Shown: piece after piece, positions 23,960 to 34,500 of the stretch
How positions within the stretch are numbered: position 1 is the first letter of the stretch
Layout of the letters: every line of letters starts with the position of its first letter
Assembly: GCA_949358305.1 (NCBI GenBank)
Contig: OX442314.1
Span: forward strand, 4,526,001-4,590,000
Reading direction: 5' to 3'
Length of the DNA stretch: 64,000 nt
Source: Strigamia acuminata
Taxonomy: Eukaryota
Notes under the pieces: generated by a model
What the model was told of the DNA's origin: nothing
The model's database searches: none
The model's input: only the letters and a program-made list of their open reading frames with translations
Translations under genes and position numbers: made by a program

Positions 23960-24912
23960 ATCTTTATTTGACCTAAAAACAATTTCATTTTAAATAAAAA
24001 TTCAATTGCCCCTGGGGAAATTTTTTTTATTCACAAATGAAATGTGACCTAGTTGAAAGACCAGTTTAATTGCAAAAGAGTTGAAATGTATTAACACAAT
24101 TTAAAATGAGAATTCGTTTGATTTTTTTGTCCTGTGTGTTGTTATTAATTCCTTATTTTAATTCTATTTACAAAAAAAAATAAAACTTATTTTTAAATAA
24201 GAAAAAGTTAATTGAAAGAAAGTTTTTATTTGTTAATAGATATTAAAGTTGGAATTTATTAAACCAATTTAAAAATGAAATGGAATTAGAATTAAAACTA
24301 TCCATTAGAAAAAATCAAATGAATTCTCATTTGATTCTTTTTAATTCCATTTTAACTTTTATAATTAATAATTTTCATTTACAAATGAAAATTTTATTCC
24401 TTCTAAGTAATGGAACTTTCCAAAACCGGCTGTGTTAAAAGTAAGCCATGTGACAGCATGTAATATATCTTGTAGGAAAAACGGATATGTGATCAAACAA
24501 ACAAATTGATAAACATTTATCAAAACAAAAAAAAACAAAAAAAAAATGTTAAACAGTCGAATGAAAATATTTTTTTCCTCACCAGCAATTAAATCTCCCC
24601 CCCGAAGGCTTTTGCTCTTTAAAAACAAAAATAGCCTTTAGAGATTTTTTTTAATGAGTCAGAAAAACAGGTTTTCAAAGTGACTCAATCAGAAATAAAT
24701 GAATAATAAATTGTAAAGAAAAATAATTTTATTCAGCTTTTAATTAAAAATTCTTTTACACATTTTATTTGTTTTTCAAAATTTTTTTTTACATTGACAA
24801 ACGAGTTAGCAGAACAGGGGGCACTGCAATGATTACATACGTCACAATTAAACAAGACACTGTTAAATGAATGGCGTAAGAATGCTCTAGTATGTTCATA
24901 AAACTCCATTTT

Positions 24913-25203
24913 TTATAAACATTCATTCTCTTCATCAAAAAAATCTATATCCTTAATTTTCTTGCCCGGAATAATTTGATACAACTGCCTTATGTGTACT
25001 CTTGTTTCTGAGTTGAGAGAATCATGTATTATTCTTGCTCTTTTTATTATTTTGCTTAGTTCAGGAAATTGTCCATCAATGCGAAATACAAATGCAAAAT
25101 TATTTATATCTGTAATTTCAGCCCCCCATCTACTTATAAGTTCAAAGATTATTTGCAGTAATATTTTCTCACTTTTTTCATAAGTTGCACAAAAAAATTC
25201 CAT
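24913..25203 (-). CDS. Small Polinton hypothetical protein (96 aa)
   Basis: ATG-started ORF in AT-rich Polinton arm; no recognised motif. Confidence 0.4.
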   Translation of the reverse strand: MEFFCATYEKSEKILLQIIFELISRWGAEITDINNFAFVFRIDGQFPELSKIIKRARIIHDSLNSETRVHIRQLYQIIPGKKIKDIDFFDEENECL

Positions 25204-25602
25204 GTTATTCAGCTGAGAAATAATTTATTTTTAATTGAAAATTTAATTAAAATGATGTTTACATACTATATTTTTAATTTATTTTTAATTGAAAATTTAT
25301 TTAAAAGCAATTTTATTTATATTTTTTAAAATTTATTTATTTATTATGCATTTGCCGGATGAGTCACGCTGCTTTAATATAATTACATGGTCACGTGTTT
25401 TGAATTAAATCAGGTGTTTATTCACATATTCATTTTTATTTCCAGATTTAATATGTGAAATATAATTTGTAATTACACCCAATTAATCAAAAGACTATTT
25501 CCTTATTCAGAGAAAAAACAGTAAAATTAACAATATAAATATTATTTTAAAAACTTGTGATAATTAATTACATAATGCCGCATTATATATATAGAGTAGC
25601 AT

Positions 25603-25884
25603 TTAGCCGAATAAATGACTTATTTCAGCCAATTCCTGGATTTCGGCGATAGTTACATTGTCGTGTACGTATTTGACGTGTTCAATATTCTCACTGGAAA
25701 ATCTTCCAAGTTTCTCCACCAGAGTTTGAATCTTGATCTGAAATGCCGGTCGCCACAAAAGTAACGAATCGGTTCTCTGATCTATTGAGCCACCATAATG
25801 GACCAATAAAAATAAGGATAAATGTTTCAAAATTATTTTCTTTTCATCGGTAGTTTTGTTCTGTTGGAGTTGAAAGAGATACAT
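25603..25884 (-). CDS. Small Polinton hypothetical protein (93 aa)
   Basis: ATG ORF preceded by a TATATAAAAAAG TATA-like box; no recognised motif. Confidence 0.45.
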   Translation of the reverse strand: MYLFQLQQNKTTDEKKIILKHLSLFLLVHYGGSIDQRTDSLLLWRPAFQIKIQTLVEKLGRFSSENIEHVKYVHDNVTIAEIQELAEISHLFG

Positions 25885-26116
25885 TTAATTCTTTTCTTTC
25901 TCAAATTGAAGTGAATATAATAATGTTGCTTTTTTATATATAGAAAATTTTTGTTACGGTTTCATTTTTGATTTGACACGGACTTTAACACATGCCCGTG
26001 CTTGTTTGCAGACTTTCCGCAAGGTTTTGTGCGAATCTTTGTTGATTTCAAATTAGGATTGTTTTAACTTCTTAAATAATTTCATTTTTTTGAGAAAAAT
26101 GGAAATTGGGTTTACT

Positions 26117-26536
26117 TTACAACAACTCAAGATTATTCATTCCTCGAATGATTTTAATGATTGTATTCTGCCTGAGATTAAGATTGGCTGCTAAATAGAG
26201 CGCAAAGAGGCAAAACATCCCGCAAGAATCCTCTTTTGTCAACGAATACATTTCTTTTGTAGCATAATCTAGGGTAACGTCTCTTCCGACAAAATCAATG
26301 ATCTCTTTAGGTGGAACGTTTCCCAAATTATCAAAGTATATGCCTCTGTCATTGCAAAGATACAAGCTGACCCAATGGGTACCACCACCCGTCGATGGGT
26401 CTAAATTGATGACGAAGCTTTCATTCTTGCCCCGGTGATTCGCGAGCGGTTTCAAGCAATCGATGGGCAACACGTTGTTGAAGTGAGCGATACGTAGTTT
26501 ATTCTTCGCCCAGTTGTAAATTTCCACGTTATTCAT
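26117..26536 (-). CDS. Adenain-like (Ulp1/C5 fold) cysteine protease, copy 1
   Basis: VINLD...GTHWVSL...YFDNLG.VPP...SCGMFCL (His-Asp-Cys); ATGA overlap with the integrase stop. Confidence 0.85.
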   Translation of the reverse strand: MNNVEIYNWAKNKLRIAHFNNVLPIDCLKPLANHRGKNESFVINLDPSTGGGTHWVSLYLCNDRGIYFDNLGNVPPKEIIDFVGRDVTLDYATKEMYSLTKEDSCGMFCLFALYLAANLNLRQNTIIKIIRGMNNLELL

Positions 26537-27486
26537 TTTTTAATGTCGATGAGATCATCCACCCATGAATTATGCTTCTGATCGTAGCCGACCCATTTCA
26601 CTAGGTACTTCCATGATCCATCGCTGTTTTTCTTTTTTCTAATGACTTTCTCGATCAAGTAGGGATCATCTACCCTGGTTTCAGTTTTTTGGAGTTCTTC
26701 ACGGTAAAAGGAACCTTCGATCGATTCTCCCAAACTGTCTTTCAATTTGAAAATTGGAGGTTCATACGTCGTGTCCACTTTATCAATTGTAAAGATTTCA
26801 TTAGTCCAATTTTGCAAAAACCCTTTGTCAAATATGGATTTGGATTTGGAAATACGCACTCGGTCGCCCACTTTGAATTTAGGCTTGGACGTTGCTGGTT
26901 CGGGAAGTAATTTTAGTCTGAGCGCCTTTTCATGTTTGGGAGCCACATCTTTGGGTTTCATGTTGGTCGTACGGTGAACCGAAGAGTTATAACGGGTCAT
27001 CAATTGGGGTAAGATAGTAATCCAATTCCTCGAACCTTTCAAAGTAAAATGCCTGTACATGCGCTCTTTGAGCGTGCGATTGAACCGCTCGACCATGCTC
27101 GCTTTCAACGGCGAGTGTGTGGAAAAATGGTTGATGTTGAACTTTTTGACCAGTGCCTTGAAATGGGAATTGTAGAATTCTTTCCCCCAATCGGATGCCA
27201 TGTTGACCGGCCCCTTATTCCCCGCTTTGACAAGCACCTTTTCAAATGCAGCGGTTACCTCTTTGCCAGTCTTTGATTTGATGGGAACCGCATACGCATA
27301 TTTAGAGAACGCATCTATAACCGTTAATAAGTATTTATAACCTTTGTTTACACGGGAAAAAGGTATCAATTCGACTAAATCGATCTGCCATAAGTCGTTG
27401 ATTGCAAAAGATACGACCGGACGTCTGACGTAATGCCTACGTGCCGGCTTATGTAATTCAGATACCAGTTGTTCTATGTCAGGCAT
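26533..27486 (-). CDS. Polinton retroviral-type (RVE) integrase with C-terminal chromodomain
   Basis: WQIDL, IDAFSK, SDWGKEF, VERFNRTLK (D,D,E); YLIEKVIRKK...YLVKWVGYDQKHNSWV chromo-like domain. Confidence 0.95.
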   Translation of the reverse strand: MPDIEQLVSELHKPARRHYVRRPVVSFAINDLWQIDLVELIPFSRVNKGYKYLLTVIDAFSKYAYAVPIKSKTGKEVTAAFEKVLVKAGNKGPVNMASDWGKEFYNSHFKALVKKFNINHFSTHSPLKASMVERFNRTLKERMYRHFTLKGSRNWITILPQLMTRYNSSVHRTTNMKPKDVAPKHEKALRLKLLPEPATSKPKFKVGDRVRISKSKSIFDKGFLQNWTNEIFTIDKVDTTYEPPIFKLKDSLGESIEGSFYREELQKTETRVDDPYLIEKVIRKKKNSDGSWKYLVKWVGYDQKHNSWVDDLIDIKK

Positions 27487-27973
27487 TTTTTTTTTTTTTT
27501 TAGTCCCATTCCCAGTTTAAGTTTGGTATTGAACGTTGCTTTGATTGCTTTGGCGGCTAATTTTGTGCTTAAACTGACTGTTGGATCGGAGATGATTAAA
27601 ACACATGCTTCGACCAACTTTCTGTCTGCTTCGTGTCTGGCTTCTAAGTTCTCATTTATGTAAGCAATGTCGTGCAGCTTGCACGCTTCATCCAATGGGT
27701 TTATGCCTTTATCACCTCTAGCTAAACGCTTATCTAATTTTGTGCCTGGACCGCAATAATTGTACCCAGGGATATGCATTTCTACCGGTAATTTATTGAT
27801 TAGTTTATTCAAAAGTCCTTTTCCGGTTGCTGGAGATTTTTTTTTTTTATGAACTGATATTTCAAGGTCCCGCATGCCAAGCATTTACCTCTTTTGTAGG
27901 CTCTGTTGTTTTTAGTGACTCCCATTTCCAACGTGCCGGTAGGAGTAGACTTTTTACATTTAACGCAAAACAT
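27474..27973 (-). CDS. Parvovirus-VP1u-type phospholipase A2 with an N-terminal CxxC/CxxC zinc-ribbon segment in a different frame (joined at an A12 run)
   Basis: PGYNYCGPGT...NPLDEACKLHDIAY PLA2 motifs (ORF 27474..27884); upstream ATG 27973 encodes MFCVKCKKSTP...KNNRAYKRGKCLACGTLKYQFIKK. Confidence 0.85.
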
Positions 27974-28008
27974 GTTTGTCTTCTTTTTTTATTACGGGAA
28001 TATAAAAA

Positions 28009-28686
28009 ATGAATGTCATAAATTTTGACACGGGGCGTTTGGATAAATGTGATAAGTCGATTCTGCCAAAAAACATAAGATGCATCATGTGTGGCCCGGC
28101 TGAATGTGGGAAAACGAATCTGTTGCTAAACTTCCTGCATTGGCTACGGTTCGACAAGCTGATGGTGTTTTCTAAAACTTTATTTCAACCAAAATACGAG
28201 CGGTTAAGAGAGTTGTTCGAGGATCTAGAATCGGAATTGGGCAAACAGGTAGCTCATTTCTTCCCGAGCAACGAGGATGTGCCGTCTCCCGAACAACTTT
28301 TTGATAAATCCGTGAACAAGTCTATTTTTGTGTTTGATGATGTGATGACCGACAAGCAACATAATATTGAGAAATATTTTGCCCAGGGCCGTCATAGTAA
28401 CGTAGACTCTTTTTACTTGTGTCAGACTTATAGCCGAATCCCAAAACAGGTGATAAGAGACAATGCCAATTTAATAATCATGTTCAGACAAGACGAAAGA
28501 AACATGAAACACGTTTTTGACAACCATGTTGGAACGGACATGACGTACGTTCGATTCAGAGACATGTGTAAGTCGTGTTGGGATGATGATACGTTTGGCT
28601 TTCTCACCATTGACAAGACCAAGTCTATGTCGAGCGGGAGATATAAAAATAAATTTTCCCCATTTTTAAAAAATGAACATGAATAA
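28009..28686 (+). CDS. A32-like (FtsK/HerA) DNA packaging ATPase
   Basis: Walker A GPAECGKT, Walker B FVFDD, GRH...Q.Y..IPK..IRDNAN. Confidence 0.93.
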   Translation: MNVINFDTGRLDKCDKSILPKNIRCIMCGPAECGKTNLLLNFLHWLRFDKLMVFSKTLFQPKYERLRELFEDLESELGKQVAHFFPSNEDVPSPEQLFDKSVNKSIFVFDDVMTDKQHNIEKYFAQGRHSNVDSFYLCQTYSRIPKQVIRDNANLIIMFRQDERNMKHVFDNHVGTDMTYVRFRDMCKSCWDDDTFGFLTIDKTKSMSSGRYKNKFSPFLKNEHE

Positions 28687-29896
28687 ACAGCAGCGTGGAA
28701 ATTACGAGAAATTAAAACAGAGCTTGAAAAAAAAGTTTCTGCAAGATAAGTTAAACAGAGGATCCGAAGATGAAGCGCTCGGTGCATTCTTCAAACCTGT
28801 AACTGCTGCATTGCATAGCCTGCCGCAGCAGCAGCAGCAACTATCTCCACCCCTTGCTCTACCACCTACGACTTTCAAATCCTCACCTTCCACTCCCATT
28901 AAAAGAGAGTTGTCATCTTTCACACCCATTACAAGTAAGTCCCATAATTTAAAGTACGAAATGGATCTAGAATCACCGCTCTTACCTTGGGAAAGTTCAT
29001 CCTTAAAAAGGCAGTTCAGTCGCCAAAGCTTGTCCTCGAGTAAAATTGAAACTCCTCGACTTAAGTTTGGCCGGGATGATGGGAATGAAGAGGAAAATGT
29101 TTCATTTCAAAGAGAGGGAGAGACGAGCCTCGTAGAAGATGATGTTGATGATGATGATTGGCAATTTGCTCATGTGCTTCCAAATATAAAATATCAACGC
29201 GACATAAGAAAAAGTCTCGAATTAAAAATGACGGACAAAGAATCGGAAAACGCAGTACAGCAAGAGTTCTTGAAATATTACGCCGAAAATGCGGCTCATT
29301 TAGATACGGTGTTTGGAATTAGATATGACCCGTATGATTCAAAATTTAAAATAGGAGTCGAAGAAGTTAAATTCTTTCCAACTCATATACTTGTGAAAAA
29401 CGTAAAGTATCCACGAACTCCAACATTAATGCATCTCCTCATGCAAAAACTTCCACCGATTGAAGGAACTATGACAGACCAAAATTTTGTGGATTACGGC
29501 AGGATTCTCATTTCTAGTCAAGGGTTATTTAAAAAGAACAATTCGGCAACTAATATGCCAAAGTCTAGTAAAGGAGAAAAGTATATGACAGTGGTTAAAC
29601 GAATTTGGGAACTGTATAAAAATCGTCCAAAGACAACATCCCAAGCTGGCAAGAACACACCCCAAGCTGGCAAAGGTGTCACGAAAACGTTTCGGCCGCA
29701 CAACTCCGTAGACTACAAGTATTACAATAACCCGGACGAATTAATAGACAGGCTGCGATTGTTGCATGCATCACGGGATGCTGGAAACCAGTCTCACGAC
29801 AACGAAATTGTGGAAATACTTATGGAACTGAAAGAGGAAAGAATCCTCGATAAAACCAAGTTTGAAAACATGCGAAAGAAAATTCTCGCGAATTAA
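28673..29896 (+). CDS. Conserved Polinton protein (PZ-like, function unknown)
   Basis: Lies between ATPase and minor capsid; C-terminal YYNNPDELIDRLRLLHAS..AGN.SH.NEI motif typical of animal Polintons (recognised from memory). Confidence 0.65.
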   Translation: MNMNKQQRGNYEKLKQSLKKKFLQDKLNRGSEDEALGAFFKPVTAALHSLPQQQQQLSPPLALPPTTFKSSPSTPIKRELSSFTPITSKSHNLKYEMDLESPLLPWESSSLKRQFSRQSLSSSKIETPRLKFGRDDGNEEENVSFQREGETSLVEDDVDDDDWQFAHVLPNIKYQRDIRKSLELKMTDKESENAVQQEFLKYYAENAAHLDTVFGIRYDPYDSKFKIGVEEVKFFPTHILVKNVKYPRTPTLMHLLMQKLPPIEGTMTDQNFVDYGRILISSQGLFKKNNSATNMPKSSKGEKYMTVVKRIWELYKNRPKTTSQAGKNTPQAGKGVTKTFRPHNSVDYKYYNNPDELIDRLRLLHASRDAGNQSHDNEIVEILMELKEERILDKTKFENMRKKILAN

Positions 29897-29923
29897 AAAA
29901 AAGTAATAATAATCGTGATTACC

Positions 29924-30685
29924 ATGTCTATCGTACTAAGCAGTACGAAATCGGATTTCCTCACTACTTTTAGCTCACCTTTAATTTTGGGTGACGACGA
30001 ATACGAATTGGGATTAGTGAGCCTCGAGACATTTTACACAATGCCAAATATAACCGAGGACAACAACGTGTTCAAATACTACACTGTTGAAGTAGATGTG
30101 AACGTCCCCGCTCGTATTATAGGTACGCTCAACTACGACATCATCGTTCCCGTGGGTTGTTACGAACTTGCCGACATTATCTCGTACATACATACCGAAA
30201 TGAAATCCAGAGGACACTGGAATATGAAAGACGACGCACCTTTCATCGACATCGTGGCCAATTATAATACTCTGTCCACGACATTAGTGATTAGCGATGC
30301 CAGTTACGGGGCCAATTTTTCGGAAAATAGAAGTATGGCTAAATTATTCGGTCTCAAAACAAAGAAATACGGTGTAGGTAGAAGCGAATCCATTAATCCG
30401 GTGAACATTTTTCACATTAACACTATCCTGGTCCATTGTGATCTTATTACCGACTCTTATAAAAACGGGAAGACGGCTCCGATCATATACGCATTTTTTC
30501 CTAATGTCCCGCCAGGCTTCAAAATAGTAGAAATGCCGTATAACATAGTTTACTTGCCGGTGAAAAATCAATCTAAAATACACGAAGTCAGGATCTGGTT
30601 GACCGATCAAGACGATAAACCACTGAATCTGAGAGGAGAAATTTTTACTACACGTTTACACTTACGAAAATTAATTAAAGCGTAA
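29924..30685 (+). CDS. Minor capsid (penton-like single jelly-roll) protein
   Basis: Beta-rich; YEL.LV.LET.Y.MPNI, VHCDLI.DSY.NG, PPGFKIVE.P...YLPV, LTDQD..PLNLRGE motifs; next to the major capsid gene. Confidence 0.85.
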   Translation: MSIVLSSTKSDFLTTFSSPLILGDDEYELGLVSLETFYTMPNITEDNNVFKYYTVEVDVNVPARIIGTLNYDIIVPVGCYELADIISYIHTEMKSRGHWNMKDDAPFIDIVANYNTLSTTLVISDASYGANFSENRSMAKLFGLKTKKYGVGRSESINPVNIFHINTILVHCDLITDSYKNGKTAPIIYAFFPNVPPGFKIVEMPYNIVYLPVKNQSKIHEVRIWLTDQDDKPLNLRGEIFTTRLHLRKLIKA

Positions 30686-30695
30686 TTAAAAAAAC

Positions 30696-30857
30696 ATGCC
30701 GTTAATTTTTAATAAGAACGTAACGGCAAGTAATACCCCCAGCACCAGCTCCAACACTGCCACTGTCAAGACACCCTCGTCGATTAGAGGTGGAAATATA
30801 AAAATTATAAAGTCTTCGATACGGCCAGATAATCGAGAATATATAAATTCTTTTTAA
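30696..30857 (+). CDS. Small 53-aa putative virion protein with an adenain-type IRGG site
   Basis: MPLIFNKNVTASNTPSTSSNTATVKTPSSIRGGNIKIIKSSIRPDNREYINSF; A-rich start context; below the ORF-track cutoff. Confidence 0.45.
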   Translation: MPLIFNKNVTASNTPSTSSNTATVKTPSSIRGGNIKIIKSSIRPDNREYINSF

Positions 30858-31062
30858 AAAAAATATATATTAAGTAATTAATTAAATACCGTAATTCTTT
30901 TTAAAAAAAATATATATTAAGTAATTAATTAAGTAATTCTCTTTTAAAAAATATATATATATTAAGTAATTAATTAAGTAATTCTTTTTAAAAAAATATA
31001 TATATTAAGTAATTAATTAAGTAATTCTTTTTAAAAAAAATATATATATTAAGTAATTAAAA
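30850..31062. repeat. AT-rich tandem repeat (~5 x ~43 bp)
   Basis: TAATTCTTTTTAAAAAAAATATATATTAAGTAATTAATTAAG units. Confidence 0.8.
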
Positions 31063-31568
31063 AATAGCGACGATGCAAGTCTCCGAGAATTATTTGGATG
31101 TCGAACAACCATTCGTCGTCGATGAATCTGTTAATGCCTACAACTACCACGAATATTATCCTATTATAGGAACTAATTTAAATAATGTGAATTCCGAAAT
31201 TCGATTAATCATTCAAAACGAAGATGTATGGACTCACCCTCATAAAAGTTACGTCTGCATAACAGGAAGATTAGTGAAAGCGGATGGTACAGACCTTATC
31301 GCTCAAGCTGATGAACAAGACCATATAATAACGTTAGGAAATAACTTTATGCCATTTTTGTTCAGCAACATGAAATATCACATAGGTGATAAATTAATAG
31401 ACGAAATAAATTATCCGGGTTATGCTACCACTATTAAGGGCTTACTAACGTACAAACAGCTCCAAAATTCGAGCGGAAATATGGGATGGATAGTAGATCA
31501 TCACAAGGGCGAAGCATCGGATACTCTTAATCCCGCTTTTCTAGAACGTAGAATATTTTACAACATAA

Positions 31569-34500
31569 TGTTAGATTTAATCTATTGTTACAAATTATCA
31601 AAGGTTTTAACGTTATCAAATGTGTGAACGTTGCACGCACGTAATGCACGTGCAATTGAATTGTTGTAAAATTTACCGTAAAGTAAAGACGTGTTATTTT
31701 ATGTTCCCGTTACAACGTGTGTTTTCATTACTTGGACATTCGAAATCTTTGTGGAACCGAATAGGAACCAACAAGTGGTAGCAGAAGGCCGGTTTTTCTT
31801 CGAAAAGAAGTATCCACGGCACTCAGACGACATTTTTCGAAGATTCGAGTGAGAACGAAGTGCGCACGTGACGGAATTCGAAAATCGAACGTCGTGAAAA
31901 ATGGCGGATGCGATTTCGGGCGGTTCGTTGAATCGGATTGATCTTCTTACACCGGAGAACTATTTCATCTGGCAGTTTAAGGTTGGAACTTTATTAGCAG
32001 CTAAGAGTTTGAAAAATATGATAACGGATCCAGCAGTGGCAGAACCGGTGGTGGGCGCTCCGGGTTACGCAGATAATCTCATAAAATATAACACTTGGGT
32101 GAAAAACAACAACGAGGCACTCGGCATCATTATTTTGACCGTTTCGAACGAGGAAGCGACGAATTGCATGGGGAAAACCAGTGCAAAAGAAGTTTGGGAT
32201 GCGTTAAAAGCGCTGTACGCCGGAACGACGGAGGAACGTCAAATCGACGCGGCGGCAGAATTGTGCGAATTACGTATGAGACACGACGAAGCAGTGGACA
32301 GCTACTTAAACAGGGCAAAGTCAATTCAATCGAGAGCCAAGGCAGTCGGACGTGACATAAAAGATCGCGAATTGATGATGTACGTGACGCGTGGTCTCGT
32401 GACAAGATTTTCCCACATTGCGAGGAATTTTCGATCGAATGCAGCCGCAACAATTGAAGAATTACGACGTGAACTCAAAATGGAGGACCAATGGTCAGCG
32501 TTTAATTTGAAAGGAGCAGCGACGGAAAGCGGGACAGTGGCGTTCAAGGCACAAGTCGGAAAAAATTCGGGAGGCAGGAAAACAAAAGGTGGGACAAAAT
32601 TTGTTTGTTATGAGTGTGGCAAAAGTGGCCATATTGCCAAAGACTGTTGGCAGCGCCATCCAGAGAAGCGCCCCACGAAAATGACGCAGAGACCAAAGGA
32701 GGCGGCAAAGATGGCGCAGGCCGAAGTAGAATTTGCAACAATACAACACGCGCTAGTGGTTGAATTGGAATCGAGCGATCACCTTGACGACTGGATTTTA
32801 GATTCAGGAGCTTCTGTGCATATGTCGAGCAAGCGCGAGCTGTTTAAAACGTTTGTTGAGATGGAGACAACAATAACCACAGCCAAGAAAGGTGTGAAGC
32901 TTCTAGCAACTGGAAAAGGAAGCATAATTTTGGATTGTCAACTCGACGGAGCAGCAACAATGAAGATTTTGCTGCAAGATGTGCTCTTTGTTCCAGAGCT
33001 AAAAGGAAATTTGCTCTCAATTCCGCGCTTGACGGCAAAGAACTACACCGTTCAATTCAGAGGAAACTGGGCGGACATTAATAGTCCAATTGGAGAGACG
33101 ATTGGAAAGGGAGCGAAGTGTGGCACCATGTATTTATTGCAACTGAAAAAAGAAGAGCAAGCGAATGCGGTTGCCACGACAACTAAACAAACCAAGGAAA
33201 TATGGCATAAACGATTGTGTCATGCAAACGAACGAACAATCGACAAGATGACCAACAAGGAATTGGTTTACGGGTTGGAATACAACAATGCACCATTGGA
33301 GAAATGCACCGCGTGCATACTCGGAAAAATGACGAAGAGCCCGTACAAACGAATAAACGAAAAGCAGTCGGATGATGTTTTGCAACTAATACACATGGAT
33401 TTGATTGGACCATTCAAGACACCATCAATGGGAGGAAGCAGGTACGCTTTTGTAATTACTGAAGACTTTACCCGCAAGAAATTTGCTTATTTCATGAGCG
33501 AGAAATCTCAAACATTTGACTTCTTCAAATCGTTTAAAGCGATGGCGGAAAAACAAACGGGAAATAAATTAAAGCGTATTAGAAGCGACAACGGAGGCGA
33601 GTTTGTCAACGAGAATTTTAAACGTTTATGCAACGATGAAGGCATATTGCACGAGCTCACAGTGCCATTCAATGCAGCCAGCAACGGCATTGCGGAGCGT
33701 ACAAATCGAACGCTCGTAGAGGCGACACGAACATTGCTTTTGGAATCGGGCCTACCGCAAATATTTTGGGCCGAAGCATTTTCAACGTCAATACACGTGA
33801 AAAATCGAACTTTGACGAAACCAAATGGGGATCTAGTTCCAGAAGAAATGTGGATGAAGCGCAAGCAATCAATAAAACATCTTCGAGTTTTTGGTTGTGA
33901 GGCTTTCCTGCACATCCCAGCAGAGAAGAGGCAAAAGCTTGATCAAAAAGCAAAACGCGGAATATTCGTGGGATATTCGACGGAAAGAAAGGCGTTTAGG
34001 ATTTACGTCCCAGCAGAAAAGAAAATACAAGAAGGTAGAACGGTGGAATTTAATGAAGAAATTCGAGGGGCGGACATCTTTAATTTGACAAAACCGGACG
34101 AGAATAGGCGTTTTTGTCAAGAATTCGAAGACGAGGCAATTGGAGAAACAAATGCTAACGATGACAACAATGCTCAACAGCCTGCAGTGATTGTTGAAGA
34201 TGAACAACAAGAGCTGCAACGAGATCAACCAGCGCAGATTGGCAGACCTCGGGGATCAACACAAGCCGTGCTCGAGCAGCGACACGCGGAACAAATGGAG
34301 CAGCGTGAGCAACAATTGCAACAAGAAGGTGTACGACGATCACAGCGCATCGCAGCACAACATGAAGCAGTGAACGCAGCGGTTGAGGCAGCGAATGCAG
34401 CATTCGAAGGCGTTGACGACTTATTTACACCGGAAACATACGAGCAAGCAATAAATTGCGACGAAAAAGAAAAATGGAAAACGGCGATGGATAGTGAAAT

